Positions 17,440-26,658 of a stretch of 29,672 bases of DNA are shown here, one piece after another (the stretch's first letter is position 1; every line of letters starts with the position of its first letter). Both the position numbers and the translations under genes were made by a program. The notes under the pieces were generated by a model that saw only the letters and a list, made by a program, of their open reading frames with translations, was not told the DNA's origin and searched no databases. The DNA lies in the NCBI GenBank assembly GCA_024275415.1, contig JAJRZD010000006.1, forward strand, positions 1-29,672. Direction: 5' to 3'. The stretch is from an archaeon. GTDB lineage: Archaea; Asgardarchaeota; Thorarchaeia; Thorarchaeales; Thorarchaeaceae.

Positions 17440-17447
17440 CGCCTCAT

Positions 17448-17813
17448 TCAGGCTGCTGCTACTGACGTTTCTAGTATGCTGAATAAATCTGCGCTTCGAA
17501 TCGGCTTTGTTAGGAACGCCACCGCACCTGAAGAAAGTGCCTCTGCCTTCACGGTATCATCTGCACTTATGAAAATGACCACAAGATTCGGATTGATCTC
17601 CTTTAACTTCTTCGTGGCCTCAGAACCATTCATCACGGGCATTCGATGATCCATTAGGATAACCTCTGGTTTTGGCTCGGACTGAAGATAGTTCGAAATC
17701 GCCTCGGCGCCATTGCTGGCCTGAGAAACCACCTTATGACCTCCGATTGTCAGAATCCTGTTCAAGACTTTTCTTAGAAATTGGTCGTCGTCCACAATCA
17801 TTACTGAAACCAT
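17448..17813 (-). CDS. Stand-alone response regulator (REC), 121 aa
   Basis: IVDDD, phospho-Asp LMDHRMP, FISAD, LTKP. True start is ATG 17813, one base after the upstream kinase TAA. The longer ORF-track version overlaps that kinase. Confidence 0.92.
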   Translation of the reverse strand: MVSVMIVDDDQFLRKVLNRILTIGGHKVVSQASNGAEAISNYLQSEPKPEVILMDHRMPVMNGSEATKKLKEINPNLVVIFISADDTVKAEALSSGAVAFLTKPIRSADLFSILETSVAAA

Positions 17814-17814
17814 C

Positions 17815-18918
17815 TTATGCAACCTCCTGACTTTTTGCCTTGGCCAATCCCGTATTCTCACCTCTATGCAACATAAGTACAAAAGATGCTCCTTCTTTGC
17901 TCTTCCCAGGAATCCGGTCTTCCACTCTGATATAGCCCCCATAATGCTCCACGATTTTTTTCACAAGTGTCAGCCCTAATCCCAATCCTTCCCTTGTGAG
18001 CTGGCGATGGACTGACTCCTGAAAGATGAGCTCCTTCTCTGAATCAGGAATGCCAGGACCATCATCCTTCACCTCAATACGAAGGAATGGTGTGAATTGA
18101 ACTGGCTGAACAACCACCTAGATTGTAACATCCTTCTTCTTGCTATGTTTCAACGAATTGTGCAATAGGCTGTAGAATATGTCTACAAGGTATTCATCAG
18201 CGACGACAAAGTATTCGCCGTGTTCAACATCTGTAACAAGCTTCAATGTCTTTTCAGGAAATGCCAAACGTGCTTGGATTGCCCCGCGAAGCAGAGCGAG
18301 TGAGATGTCCATGCACTGTAGGTCAGGCAACGCTTTTGAAACGATTGAAATCTTGCGTACGCTGGATATCAGACGCGTTGCTCTCTCAATCTCTGAAATC
18401 CCTTCTTTGATAATCCCAACTGTTTCATTCGGAAGATCCTCGTTCAGAATGAGGAAATCAAGCATGGAGATTATCTCCTGATGGATGTTTGCAAGATCGT
18501 GGGTCATGATATCAATCAGAAACTCAGTCTGATTACGCTCACGTTCCAAATCCTCTTCCATTTTCTTTTGTTTAGAGATATCCCTGAACAATGCGATTGT
18601 GGATACCTTCTTTCCACCTTCGAAGAACGGCGAAAATGCTCCCTCGACATGAAGCATCTCTCCTTCCTTTGTGACCATAATTGTCTGCACATCTGAAATG
18701 ATTTCATGTGTATCCTTTGTTACTATCGCCTTGATTTTCTTCTGCTCACCAGGGAAGAAGATTGTTCCGATACTTAGAGTGTCAATCTCCGATTCCGAAT
18801 AATGCAGCTTCTCCATAAGCGCCCGGTTGACGTAGCTGAAAGTACCATCTTTATTGATACTTGTAATAATATCATTGGTGCCTTCCATTAAATGCCAAGC
18901 TATTTGCATCGGATCCAT
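17815..18918 (-). pseudogene. PAS histidine kinase interrupted by one in-frame TAG (18118-18120) inside HATPase_c; 367 aa if read through
   Basis: ORFs 18118-18918 and 17815-18117 are contiguous and in the same frame: ...NSLKHSKKKDVTI*VVVQPVQFTPFLRIEVKDDGPGIP... The H-box MTHDLAN and N box lie before the stop, and G1 DDGPG and G2 GLGLGL lie after it, all intact. Confidence 0.75.
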
Positions 18919-18985
18919 TTTGCCCTACCTCAAATTGAGATTCCTTTGGTCCTTTTGGCGCTAGACATACCACTGTAATCATGAA

Positions 18986-19002
18986 TTTATATACTTTTAT
19001 CG
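18986..19002 (-). promoter_or_regulatory. BRE plus TATA promoter of the interrupted PAS kinase
   Basis: Minus strand cgataaaag-tatataaa, about 68 nt upstream of ATG 18918, preceded by the T-tract cttttatttttt that could terminate the upstream REC gene. Confidence 0.6.
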
Positions 19003-19032
19003 TAGAAATTATTATAAAAAATAAAGGATACG

Positions 19033-19398
19033 CTACTTTTCACCAAGACAGGATTTAACGGCCCGAAATAAATCCGCGCTGCGAATTGGCTTTAGGAGGA
19101 ACCCAACAGCACCTGCCTTCAGAGCCTCTGATTCCGCGGTTTCGTCAGCACTGATGAATAGAATTCTTTGTGTACTGTCTAATGCGAGAATTTCTCGTGT
19201 TGCGGTAGTACCATCCATGACAGGCATCCGATGATCCATAAGAATGATGTCAGGTTTTGTTTTTGAGTTCCTGATGAACTCGACAGCCTCACTCCCATTA
19301 TATACACTACCAACTACCTTATGGCCTTCGAGTTTAAGGACACGAACCAATACCTTGTGCAGTGACTCATCATCATCGACGATCAAGAATGTCCCCAT
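19033..19398 (-). CDS. Stand-alone response regulator (REC), 121 aa, paralog of 17448-17813
   Basis: IVDDD, LMDHRMP, FISAD, LLKP. Start placed at ATG 19398 behind GAGGT. Confidence 0.92.
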   Translation of the reverse strand: MGTFLIVDDDESLHKVLVRVLKLEGHKVVGSVYNGSEAVEFIRNSKTKPDIILMDHRMPVMDGTTATREILALDSTQRILFISADETAESEALKAGAVGFLLKPIRSADLFRAVKSCLGEK

Positions 19399-19498
19399 CT
19401 GGTCAAACCTCATATACAATACGGCTAAGTCCGCGAAGTAGTGCCTTTTTTATCTATATTGTATAACCCGTTTCATGTGATGCGTACAAGAATGAAAG

Positions 19499-19571
19499 GG
19501 GAACCCTGGGGATGGGGATCATTCGAGGGAGGAGGATGAGAGATGAAAAGAGGGATATTTCCAGGGTTCCC
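19499..19571. repeat. Perfect 11-bp inverted repeat around a 51-nt purine-rich spacer in the divergent intergenic region
   Basis: gggaaccctgg (19499-19509) and ccagggttccc (19561-19571). Confidence 0.85.
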
Positions 19572-19731
19572 GGATTGCAGTCCCACGGATTGCAATTAAT
19601 TATTGTAATATTTCCTATATAAATTAATTTATTATATACAATTGTGACAAGTTAAATTTATCAGAAGAAATCTTATCTGTGTTTCAAATAAACGAATCCT
19701 GAACGTGAGATTTGTGTCTTGAGTTGATCAA

Positions 19732-22700
19732 ATGGAACCTGTATACTCAAGAGATATCCTAGAAAAAATCCAATCTGGCATCCTGATAATCGATTTAAAA
19801 ACGCACAAAGTTATTGATGTGAACAAGAGCGCCCTTAAAATGCTTAAGAGGCAAAGAAAAACAGTCATCGGATCCAGTTGTTATGACCTGTTCTGTAAAG
19901 GTACCTCAACTGAGTGTCCCCGTGAAAATGGGAAAATGACCGATTCTCCAATTGAACAGAAACTGGTTAGACGAGATGGAACCGAGATCCCTGTCCTTTT
20001 GACATGTTCAGAAGTGATTATCCAGCGCAGAAGAAAGCTCATTGTGAATATCAATGATCTGTCATCACTTGTATCAACTCGGATGGAATTGGAACAAGAA
20101 AGGAACAAGATCAAACGATATCTCGACATTGCAGATGTCTTGATTGTGACAGTCGGAACAGATGGGAAAGTGCAAATGATTAACCAGCGGGGCGCAAAGG
20201 TTCTTGGCTACCCCCAGAGAAATATCATCGGAAAGGACTGGTTTGATAACTTCATCTCTCCTAGTATGAGAGAGCAGCTAAGGACAATCCACTCGTGTAT
20301 ACTCGAAGGGGAGATCGAACCCTACAGATATGTTGAAGGGACTATCCTAACGAAGACCGGTGAGGAGCGATTAATCGCATGGAGAAACGCACCAGTCTAT
20401 AGTGATGAAGGTATTATCACTGCAACGATAAGCTCAGGGATGGATATCACAGAGAGGCGGATAATCGAGCAGTCACTTCGAGAGAACGAGATGCGGACTA
20501 GGAAGATTCTAGACTCGATTCAGACGGGGGTCGTCATTGTAGACGCAAAAACTCGAAAGATTGTCGAAGCAAACCCAGCTGCCCACAGAATTTTAGAAGT
20601 AGAACACGGGAAACTGATTGGAACTGACTGTAGAGATTCCCTATGTGCATCGGATGAATGTCTAGGTTCCCAGAAGAACTTCGTCAATGTGGAAGTGGAA
20701 TGCAAAAGTGGGAAAGGAAACCCGATTTATGTACTCAAGAATGTGTCAAGAATGCTTATCGGTGAACAGGTGTTTCTGATTGAAGCATTTCTAGACCTCT
20801 CGGATAGAAAGGCCGCCGAGAACGAGCTTCAATCTGTAAACCATCGCCTGAAAGAACGCATCAAGGAGATTCAGACTTTACTCCGAACTAGCGAGTTAGT
20901 CCATATGGCTAATACTGATCTGGATTCAGTCTTTGAAAAAATACCTAGGATCATTCAAGACGGTTTTCAGTATCCCGAGATTACACACGTAAGAATCACA
21001 GTTAATGACAGGAGTTACTTTTCTCGCGACTTCAAGGCATCAAATTGGCAACTTTCCACCCCAATCAGTTTTCAAGAAGAGGAATTTGGTTCGATTGATG
21101 TATTCTATGTGGAAGAAAAACCAGACGAAGATGAGGGGCCATTTCTAAAAGAAGAACGGGATTTACTGAATGCACTCGGTCAGCAAATTGGAACGGTGAT
21201 ATATCAGAAGCAAATTGAGGCTGCCATTGACAAAGAACGTAGGCTTTTGGACACTCTGACCAATACGACGCTTGATGCCATCATCTTGATGGATCCCGAA
21301 GGGAAAATTGCTTACTGGAATCACTCCGCACAAGTAATCTTCGGGTATACACCTGAAGAAGCGATAGGAAAACATCTACATTACTTGCTGGCACCAAAAC
21401 GATATCACAACGCTTATCGTGAGGCGTTTAAAGAATTCCTCCAGACTGGCAAGGGAAATGCCATTGGAAAGGTCGTTGAACTCCACGGTCGTCGGAAAGA
21501 CGGGTCTGAATTTCCTATTGAATTATCATTGTCGGCATTCCATGATATCAAAGGATGGAATGCTGTAGGTAGCATAAGGGACAGCACAGACAGACAGAAG
21601 GCAATGGAGGCAATCAAGGAGTCTGAGAGAAGGTATCGAGATCTCATAGATTTGTTACCAGAAGGCGTGGCGATTGGTGACCTCGATGAAACTATTGTGC
21701 TTGCAAACAAAGCGATGGCAATGCTTGTGGGACTTAATTCTGCTGAGGAACTAATTGGTAGGAACCTAGTCGACTTCATTGACGAGAAGGATCGCCTCAT
21801 GCTAGAAGCCGAAACTAATCGTCGTGGATCAGGAGCGGTTTCGTCGTACACGCTTCATTTCCGTGATGTTCATAATAACATCAAGGAAGTATACGTTTCA
21901 GCAGTTCCACGAAGGAACAATGAGGGTGAGGTCATTGGTGCAGTAGGTGTATTTGTTGATGTCACAGAGCGCAGAAGAACCGAGCGTGAATTGCGCCGGA
22001 CTAGCTATAACCTTCAAAAACGAATGAAGGAGATTCAGGCGCTGTTCAACATTTCAGACCTATTGAAAGTGACGCAGACAAGTAAACGCTCGAAGACATC
22101 ACGATCTGAATTACTTTTCAGGATTATCAGTGAGGTCATTGGGGCTTTACAGTATCCCCATGTTGGTTGTGGGCGTATTTCAGTTGGTTCAGACGTTGGA
22201 GAAACAGCCAACTACCAATCTGAAGCAATCTCCGTACGTGAGGGAATCTGGGCAGGAGGGAGCCAGATAGGTGTGATTGAGGTGGGCTATACCGAACTGA
22301 TGCCGGAAGCCGATGAGGGGCCCTTCTTGGATGAAGAGATAGGGCTAATAAGAAAGATCTCAGTAGAGATTGGGCTTTATGTCGAACGAGAGATTGCAGA
22401 GGAGGCGCTCGAAGAACAACGTAAGACACTTGGCGCAATAACTAATTCAACATTCGATGCAATAGTGATGGTGGACTGGGATGGCAAGATTGCCTATTGG
22501 AATCCCGCAGCTGAACGAATATTCGGATATAAACCCTCCAACATCCTCGGCAAGACTGTTCATTCCATATGTGAGGGAATTAGCCAAATAACCGAAACAC
22601 AATCGGTGGAAGACTCAGATTCAGTCGTAGAGTCAAAAATCCTAGAGCTTGAGGCGATCCGTGAGGATGGGACACGGTTTCCAGCTGAAGTTGCTATGGC

Positions 22701-23442
22701 GCCTATCCTTATTGGTGACAAGTACGGAACCTTGATGAATATTCGTGACATATCTGAGAGAAAGTCGATTGAGCGTGAACGTGAGCAACAGCAACGTGAG
22801 CTTGAGCTGTACGCATCACTGCTTAGGCATGACCTTGGGAATGATCTCAACGCTATTGTTTCAAACATGGAAGTTGTCCGGATGCTACTTGAAGAAGACC
22901 CGGATGAGGCAAGAGAGTTCCTTCATTCGAGCTTTGCGGCTGCACAAAGAATGGATAATCTCCTGAAATCAGTATCAAGAAGCCCTCTCATGACGAAAAT
23001 GGATTTCGTTGAGATGCTTCGTGAGGTCGCTCGGATAACAGAAAAATCTGCAAGAGGTACAACAATCAGAATAACAACTAATGGTGACCTCTCTGGCATT
23101 CGGGTGAGTGGAAGCAGACTTTTGCCGACTGTTTTTGAGAATCTTTTCAGGAACAGCATCCAGCATTCTGATAAGAGTCCAAAAATTGATGTTTCACTAC
23201 AAAGAGAAGGGGATATCTTGGAGATAATTGTACAGGATAATGGACCAGGAATCCCGAAAGAGATTCGAGAAAACCTCTTTGAGCGAGGTGTTTCAACAAA
23301 GAAACAAGGAGGCGGGGTCGGCCTTTACCTCAGTAAGGAAATAGTCAGAGCATGCAATGGAACCATTGAAGCATTGGAGTCAGAATCAGGGAAAGGTGCC
23401 AAATTCCGAATTGTGCTGCCGACCACTGAATATTATAGATAA
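19732..23442 (+). CDS. Soluble multi-sensor histidine kinase: six PAS/PAC domains, two GAF-like (QYP...EGPFL.EE) modules, HisKA, HATPase_c, 1236 aa
   Basis: Six PAS starts (IQSGILIIDL, ADVLIVTVG, IQTGVVIVDA, TLDAIILMD, LPEGVAIGD, TFDAIVMVD), H-box LLRHDLGND, N box NLFRNSIQH, G1 DNGPGIP, G2 GGVGL. No TM segment. Confidence 0.92.
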   Translation: MEPVYSRDILEKIQSGILIIDLKTHKVIDVNKSALKMLKRQRKTVIGSSCYDLFCKGTSTECPRENGKMTDSPIEQKLVRRDGTEIPVLLTCSEVIIQRRRKLIVNINDLSSLVSTRMELEQERNKIKRYLDIADVLIVTVGTDGKVQMINQRGAKVLGYPQRNIIGKDWFDNFISPSMREQLRTIHSCILEGEIEPYRYVEGTILTKTGEERLIAWRNAPVYSDEGIITATISSGMDITERRIIEQSLRENEMRTRKILDSIQTGVVIVDAKTRKIVEANPAAHRILEVEHGKLIGTDCRDSLCASDECLGSQKNFVNVEVECKSGKGNPIYVLKNVSRMLIGEQVFLIEAFLDLSDRKAAENELQSVNHRLKERIKEIQTLLRTSELVHMANTDLDSVFEKIPRIIQDGFQYPEITHVRITVNDRSYFSRDFKASNWQLSTPISFQEEEFGSIDVFYVEEKPDEDEGPFLKEERDLLNALGQQIGTVIYQKQIEAAIDKERRLLDTLTNTTLDAIILMDPEGKIAYWNHSAQVIFGYTPEEAIGKHLHYLLAPKRYHNAYREAFKEFLQTGKGNAIGKVVELHGRRKDGSEFPIELSLSAFHDIKGWNAVGSIRDSTDRQKAMEAIKESERRYRDLIDLLPEGVAIGDLDETIVLANKAMAMLVGLNSAEELIGRNLVDFIDEKDRLMLEAETNRRGSGAVSSYTLHFRDVHNNIKEVYVSAVPRRNNEGEVIGAVGVFVDVTERRRTERELRRTSYNLQKRMKEIQALFNISDLLKVTQTSKRSKTSRSELLFRIISEVIGALQYPHVGCGRISVGSDVGETANYQSEAISVREGIWAGGSQIGVIEVGYTELMPEADEGPFLDEEIGLIRKISVEIGLYVEREIAEEALEEQRKTLGAITNSTFDAIVMVDWDGKIAYWNPAAERIFGYKPSNILGKTVHSICEGISQITETQSVEDSDSVVESKILELEAIREDGTRFPAEVAMAPILIGDKYGTLMNIRDISERKSIEREREQQQRELELYASLLRHDLGNDLNAIVSNMEVVRMLLEEDPDEAREFLHSSFAAAQRMDNLLKSVSRSPLMTKMDFVEMLREVARITEKSARGTTIRITTNGDLSGIRVSGSRLLPTVFENLFRNSIQHSDKSPKIDVSLQREGDILEIIVQDNGPGIPKEIRENLFERGVSTKKQGGGVGLYLSKEIVRACNGTIEALESESGKGAKFRIVLPTTEYYR

Positions 23443-23604
23443 TCACACTTGCAACATTGGATTGGGTGAGGAAAAGGAACCGATACCCCTCCCTATGCAA
23501 TATATCAACATTCTTGCACAACGTCCAGCACCCCATCGAGTACTGCTTTGTGAATTATTTTTATTCAAACAATACTTTTAACCTAAATTCTTGCATTTCA
23601 GGAT

Positions 23605-25428
23605 ATGCGAATCCGAAGGCAGCTCAGTATAGCATTCATCCTAATCGCTGTCATGACGATAGGTGCTACTCTTGCAGTTAATGTTCCAATCCTCTGGAGC
23701 GAGAGCACACAAGAGGCCTTTGACAATCTTAATTCAATTGCGACTATACAGAAGGCAAGTGTCATTTCGACGCTGACCCACTATGACGAAAGAATCAGCT
23801 ATGCTATACAACTTGCTCCCGGGTCATATCTTGTGCAGTATCAGCTCAATTCGTCTTTTGACATCCAGAATGCACTATATCCTATATTCATTGAGATGAT
23901 GGAAACCACTCCGTCTGTCAATTCAATCTCGATTGCCTCGACAGAGGGTGAGATTATCACATCTACCGACTTGGGCTTGATTGGCGAGAACATCAGTCAG
24001 GAATCCTATTTCATCCGAGGCTTGGCCAGAACTCGAGTGATGGATGAGTTCCATCTCGATACATCAATGGATTTGCATCTCATCCTTGCAGGTACTATTA
24101 TCGAGAACAATACTGTTGTAGGCGTTTTAATCATTGACCTTAGTCCAGTCGAACTTGTGACTTTGTTCCAACAGTACGCAGGTCTCGGACAGTCAGGAGA
24201 AGCAATCCTTGTCGCACACAATCCAGATGGGGATGTCGTGGTCGTAACTCCGACTAGGCATAACCCAGACTCGTCACTGGGCATCATAATCCCAGCAAAC
24301 CATACTTTTGACCCTGCAATCAAGGCATTATCGGGCATCGAGAACACATTTACTAATGTGACTGACTATCGAGGAACCAGCGTCCTTGCATCAACCAAAT
24401 ATATTGAACAGGTGGATTGGGGAATTGTTGTAAAAATAGACCTTGATGAAGCGTTTCATAGCGCTCGACTTGTACTCTTGACTCACATTATAACCTCAAT
24501 TGCAATAGCTGTTCTTTTCATCGTTATCGGTTATCTTATTATCAGCATGATTACAAATCCAATACTTGAATTAAAGAAAGTGGCTGTAGCGATAAGCGAT
24601 GGTGATTACTCACAGAAGGCTAAACTTGGACAGATAGACGAACTCAACATGCTCGCAGAATCATTCAATCAGATGACTGAAACATTGCTAAGACGGCGAG
24701 AAGAACTCGAACGTTTGGTTCGGGAAAGAACCAAAGAATACGAGCGGTCTAATATGGAACTCGAGCAGTTCGCTTATGTGATATCACACGATCTCAGAGA
24801 ACCACTGCGAATGATTGTAAGCTATATGCAGCTGTTGGAAACTAGACACTATGACCAGCTTGACGACAGTGCCAAAGAATACATCTCCTTTGCAATCGAT
24901 GGATCGAAACGAATGAATCAGATGATTATGGATCTCCTTGCGTACTCTCGTGTGGGGCGAGAAAATATCGAATTCGAACTGCTAGATTTGAATGAGGTCG
25001 TTTCAATAGCCATTCAGAACATGAAAGTGCTCATCGAAGAAAAGCAGGCTAGCATAGAGGTAGGGGAGTTGCCCGAAATCCATGGCTGTCGCACTCACAT
25101 AGCTGCGGTTTTCCAGAACCTCATCTCCAATGCGATAAAGTATAACGAGAGCGAAACGCCAACCATACAAATCTCAGCAAAGCCTGAAAATGGGAAATGG
25201 CACTTTATAGTTGAGGACAATGGCATAGGTATCGACCCAAAGTACCATGAGAGAATCTTCCAGATTTTTAGAAAACTACATTCAAGGGCCGAGTATGAAG
25301 GTTCTGGAATCGGGCTTTCATTATGCAAAAAGATAATAGAGTATCATGGTGGCAATATATGGGTGGAATCTGAATTGGGAAAGGGGTCCGAGTTCCATTT
25401 CGTCCTCCCAGCAGGTGTAAATAGGTGA
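23605..25428 (+). CDS. Membrane sensor histidine kinase: TM, dCache-like extracellular domain, TM, HAMP, Cph1-type HisKA plus HATPase_c, 607 aa
   Basis: TM1 LSIAFILIAVMTIGATLAV, Cache-type DYRGTSVLAST...WGIVVKID, TM2, HAMP NPILELKKVA...DELNMLAESFNQM, H-box FAYVISHDLREPLRM, NLISNAIKY, DNGIG, GSGIGL. Confidence 0.92.
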   Translation: MRIRRQLSIAFILIAVMTIGATLAVNVPILWSESTQEAFDNLNSIATIQKASVISTLTHYDERISYAIQLAPGSYLVQYQLNSSFDIQNALYPIFIEMMETTPSVNSISIASTEGEIITSTDLGLIGENISQESYFIRGLARTRVMDEFHLDTSMDLHLILAGTIIENNTVVGVLIIDLSPVELVTLFQQYAGLGQSGEAILVAHNPDGDVVVVTPTRHNPDSSLGIIIPANHTFDPAIKALSGIENTFTNVTDYRGTSVLASTKYIEQVDWGIVVKIDLDEAFHSARLVLLTHIITSIAIAVLFIVIGYLIISMITNPILELKKVAVAISDGDYSQKAKLGQIDELNMLAESFNQMTETLLRRREELERLVRERTKEYERSNMELEQFAYVISHDLREPLRMIVSYMQLLETRHYDQLDDSAKEYISFAIDGSKRMNQMIMDLLAYSRVGRENIEFELLDLNEVVSIAIQNMKVLIEEKQASIEVGELPEIHGCRTHIAAVFQNLISNAIKYNESETPTIQISAKPENGKWHFIVEDNGIGIDPKYHERIFQIFRKLHSRAEYEGSGIGLSLCKKIIEYHGGNIWVESELGKGSEFHFVLPAGVNR

Positions 25429-25868
25429 GTATGTTTTTGACTCGGGATCGACTGAACATCCTAATTATTGAAGACAATGAGGGGGACATCAGGTTGATTG
25501 AGGAGGCATTTCAGGAACTTGACAGGACGCTAAGTCTAAATGTGGTTGTGAATGGGGAAGACGCTATCTCGTATCTGAAGAAGGAAGGGCAATGGTCAGC
25601 AGCATTGCGACCTGACATTATCCTGTTGGATCTTAATTTACCAGGGATTGGCGGCGGCGAAGTCCTTTCCTACATCAAGAAAGACAAGAACCTACGCGCA
25701 ATTCCTGTCATCATTCTATCAAATTCTTCCAGAAATGAGGATATCGCTGCGTCGTATCAAGCATGTGCCAGTTGTTATATCGTAAAGCCACTTACATTTC
25801 AAGACTACATCAATATGATGAAAGTGATAGAGCAGTTCTGGTTCAATACAGTCATTCTCCCTAATTAA
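25425..25868 (+). CDS. Rcp1-type stand-alone response regulator, about 145-147 aa
   Basis: IIEDNEGD, LLDLNLPG, ILSNSS, CYIVKP, QFWFNTVILP C-terminus typical of Rcp1-like RECs. GTGA overlap with the kinase stop, alternative ATG at 25431. Confidence 0.9.
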   Translation: MSMFLTRDRLNILIIEDNEGDIRLIEEAFQELDRTLSLNVVVNGEDAISYLKKEGQWSAALRPDIILLDLNLPGIGGGEVLSYIKKDKNLRAIPVIILSNSSRNEDIAASYQACASCYIVKPLTFQDYINMMKVIEQFWFNTVILPN

Positions 25869-25909
25869 TCAACACATGGCATTCTCCATTTCCATGTTCA
25901 TTTGTTTAA

Positions 25910-25917
25910 TTATATAA
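25910..25917 (+). promoter_or_regulatory. TATA box upstream of the second Rcp1-type regulator
   Basis: ttatataa about 85 nt upstream of TTG 26001, with SD aaggtg just before the start. Confidence 0.4.
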
Positions 25918-26000
25918 GTGGCTGATTACCACTAATGCCAAGGGTTTGCCGTTGGAATCGATTCCATCATTGATCAAATCCAAAAAAGGTGTAATGCTGT

Positions 26001-26444
26001 TTGAGTATTTCTTCCGAAAAAGGATCTTCAACAATTCTTATAGTTGATGATAATCCCGCTGATGTCCGGCTCATAAAAGAGGCATTCTTTGAGATTGGTA
26101 AAAGCCCAGAGCTGATGGCTGTTCATAGTGGGAATGATGCTATGGCATTTCTTAGGAGAACCGGTAAATGGGCAAATGCTACAAGGCCTGACCTCATCAT
26201 TCTCGACATTGGACTCCCCGGTGTTCAGGGGGGCGATGTGCTGTCAATGATCAAAAGTGATTCAAGTCTTCTCACAATCCCAGTAATCATGTTCACAAAT
26301 TCCTCAAACACCGACGATATCATTACCTCCTATTCCAACCATGCGAATGGCTACATAGTAAAGCCAATCTCTTTTGAAGACTATATTGTCACTATTCGGG
26401 CAATTGAGGCATTCTGGCTCCAGACTGTAACACTACCTAACTAG
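26001..26444 (+). CDS. Second Rcp1-type stand-alone response regulator, 147 aa
   Basis: IVDDNPAD, ILDIGLPG, FTNSS, GYIVKP, AFWLQTVTLP. Clear paralog of 25425-25868. Confidence 0.9.
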   Translation: MSISSEKGSSTILIVDDNPADVRLIKEAFFEIGKSPELMAVHSGNDAMAFLRRTGKWANATRPDLIILDIGLPGVQGGDVLSMIKSDSSLLTIPVIMFTNSSNTDDIITSYSNHANGYIVKPISFEDYIVTIRAIEAFWLQTVTLPN

Positions 26445-26658
26445 TCTGCTGAAAGACAAGTTTCGAACCGAGGCTGAATATACCAAATCCACACCTATAC
26501 CTTGTACAGTATACTCTCCTGATAGTTGGACTAACTGTCCTGAAAAAGCGCCCTAGCACCTGATAAAATCAGTTTTCCAAAAAGTATATGTCCTCCTTGC
26601 TGTATCCTCTAATCGACTGCACGACATCCTGTGCAGAGCCAATGTGCGGTAGATATCG

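Noticed and set aside
17814-17942. 43-aa N-terminal extension of the REC protein in the ORF track
   Set aside because: It overlaps the 3' end of the upstream kinase in another frame. ATG 17813 gives a normal REC.
21414-21851. 145-aa minus-strand ORF inside the 1236-aa kinase
   Set aside because: Antisense shadow with Ser-rich composition typical of reverse-frame translation.
23605-25428. Bacteriophytochrome or light sensor
   Set aside because: Only the kinase module is Cph1-like. The PAS-GAF-PHY photosensory core is absent and the input is TM-Cache-TM-HAMP.
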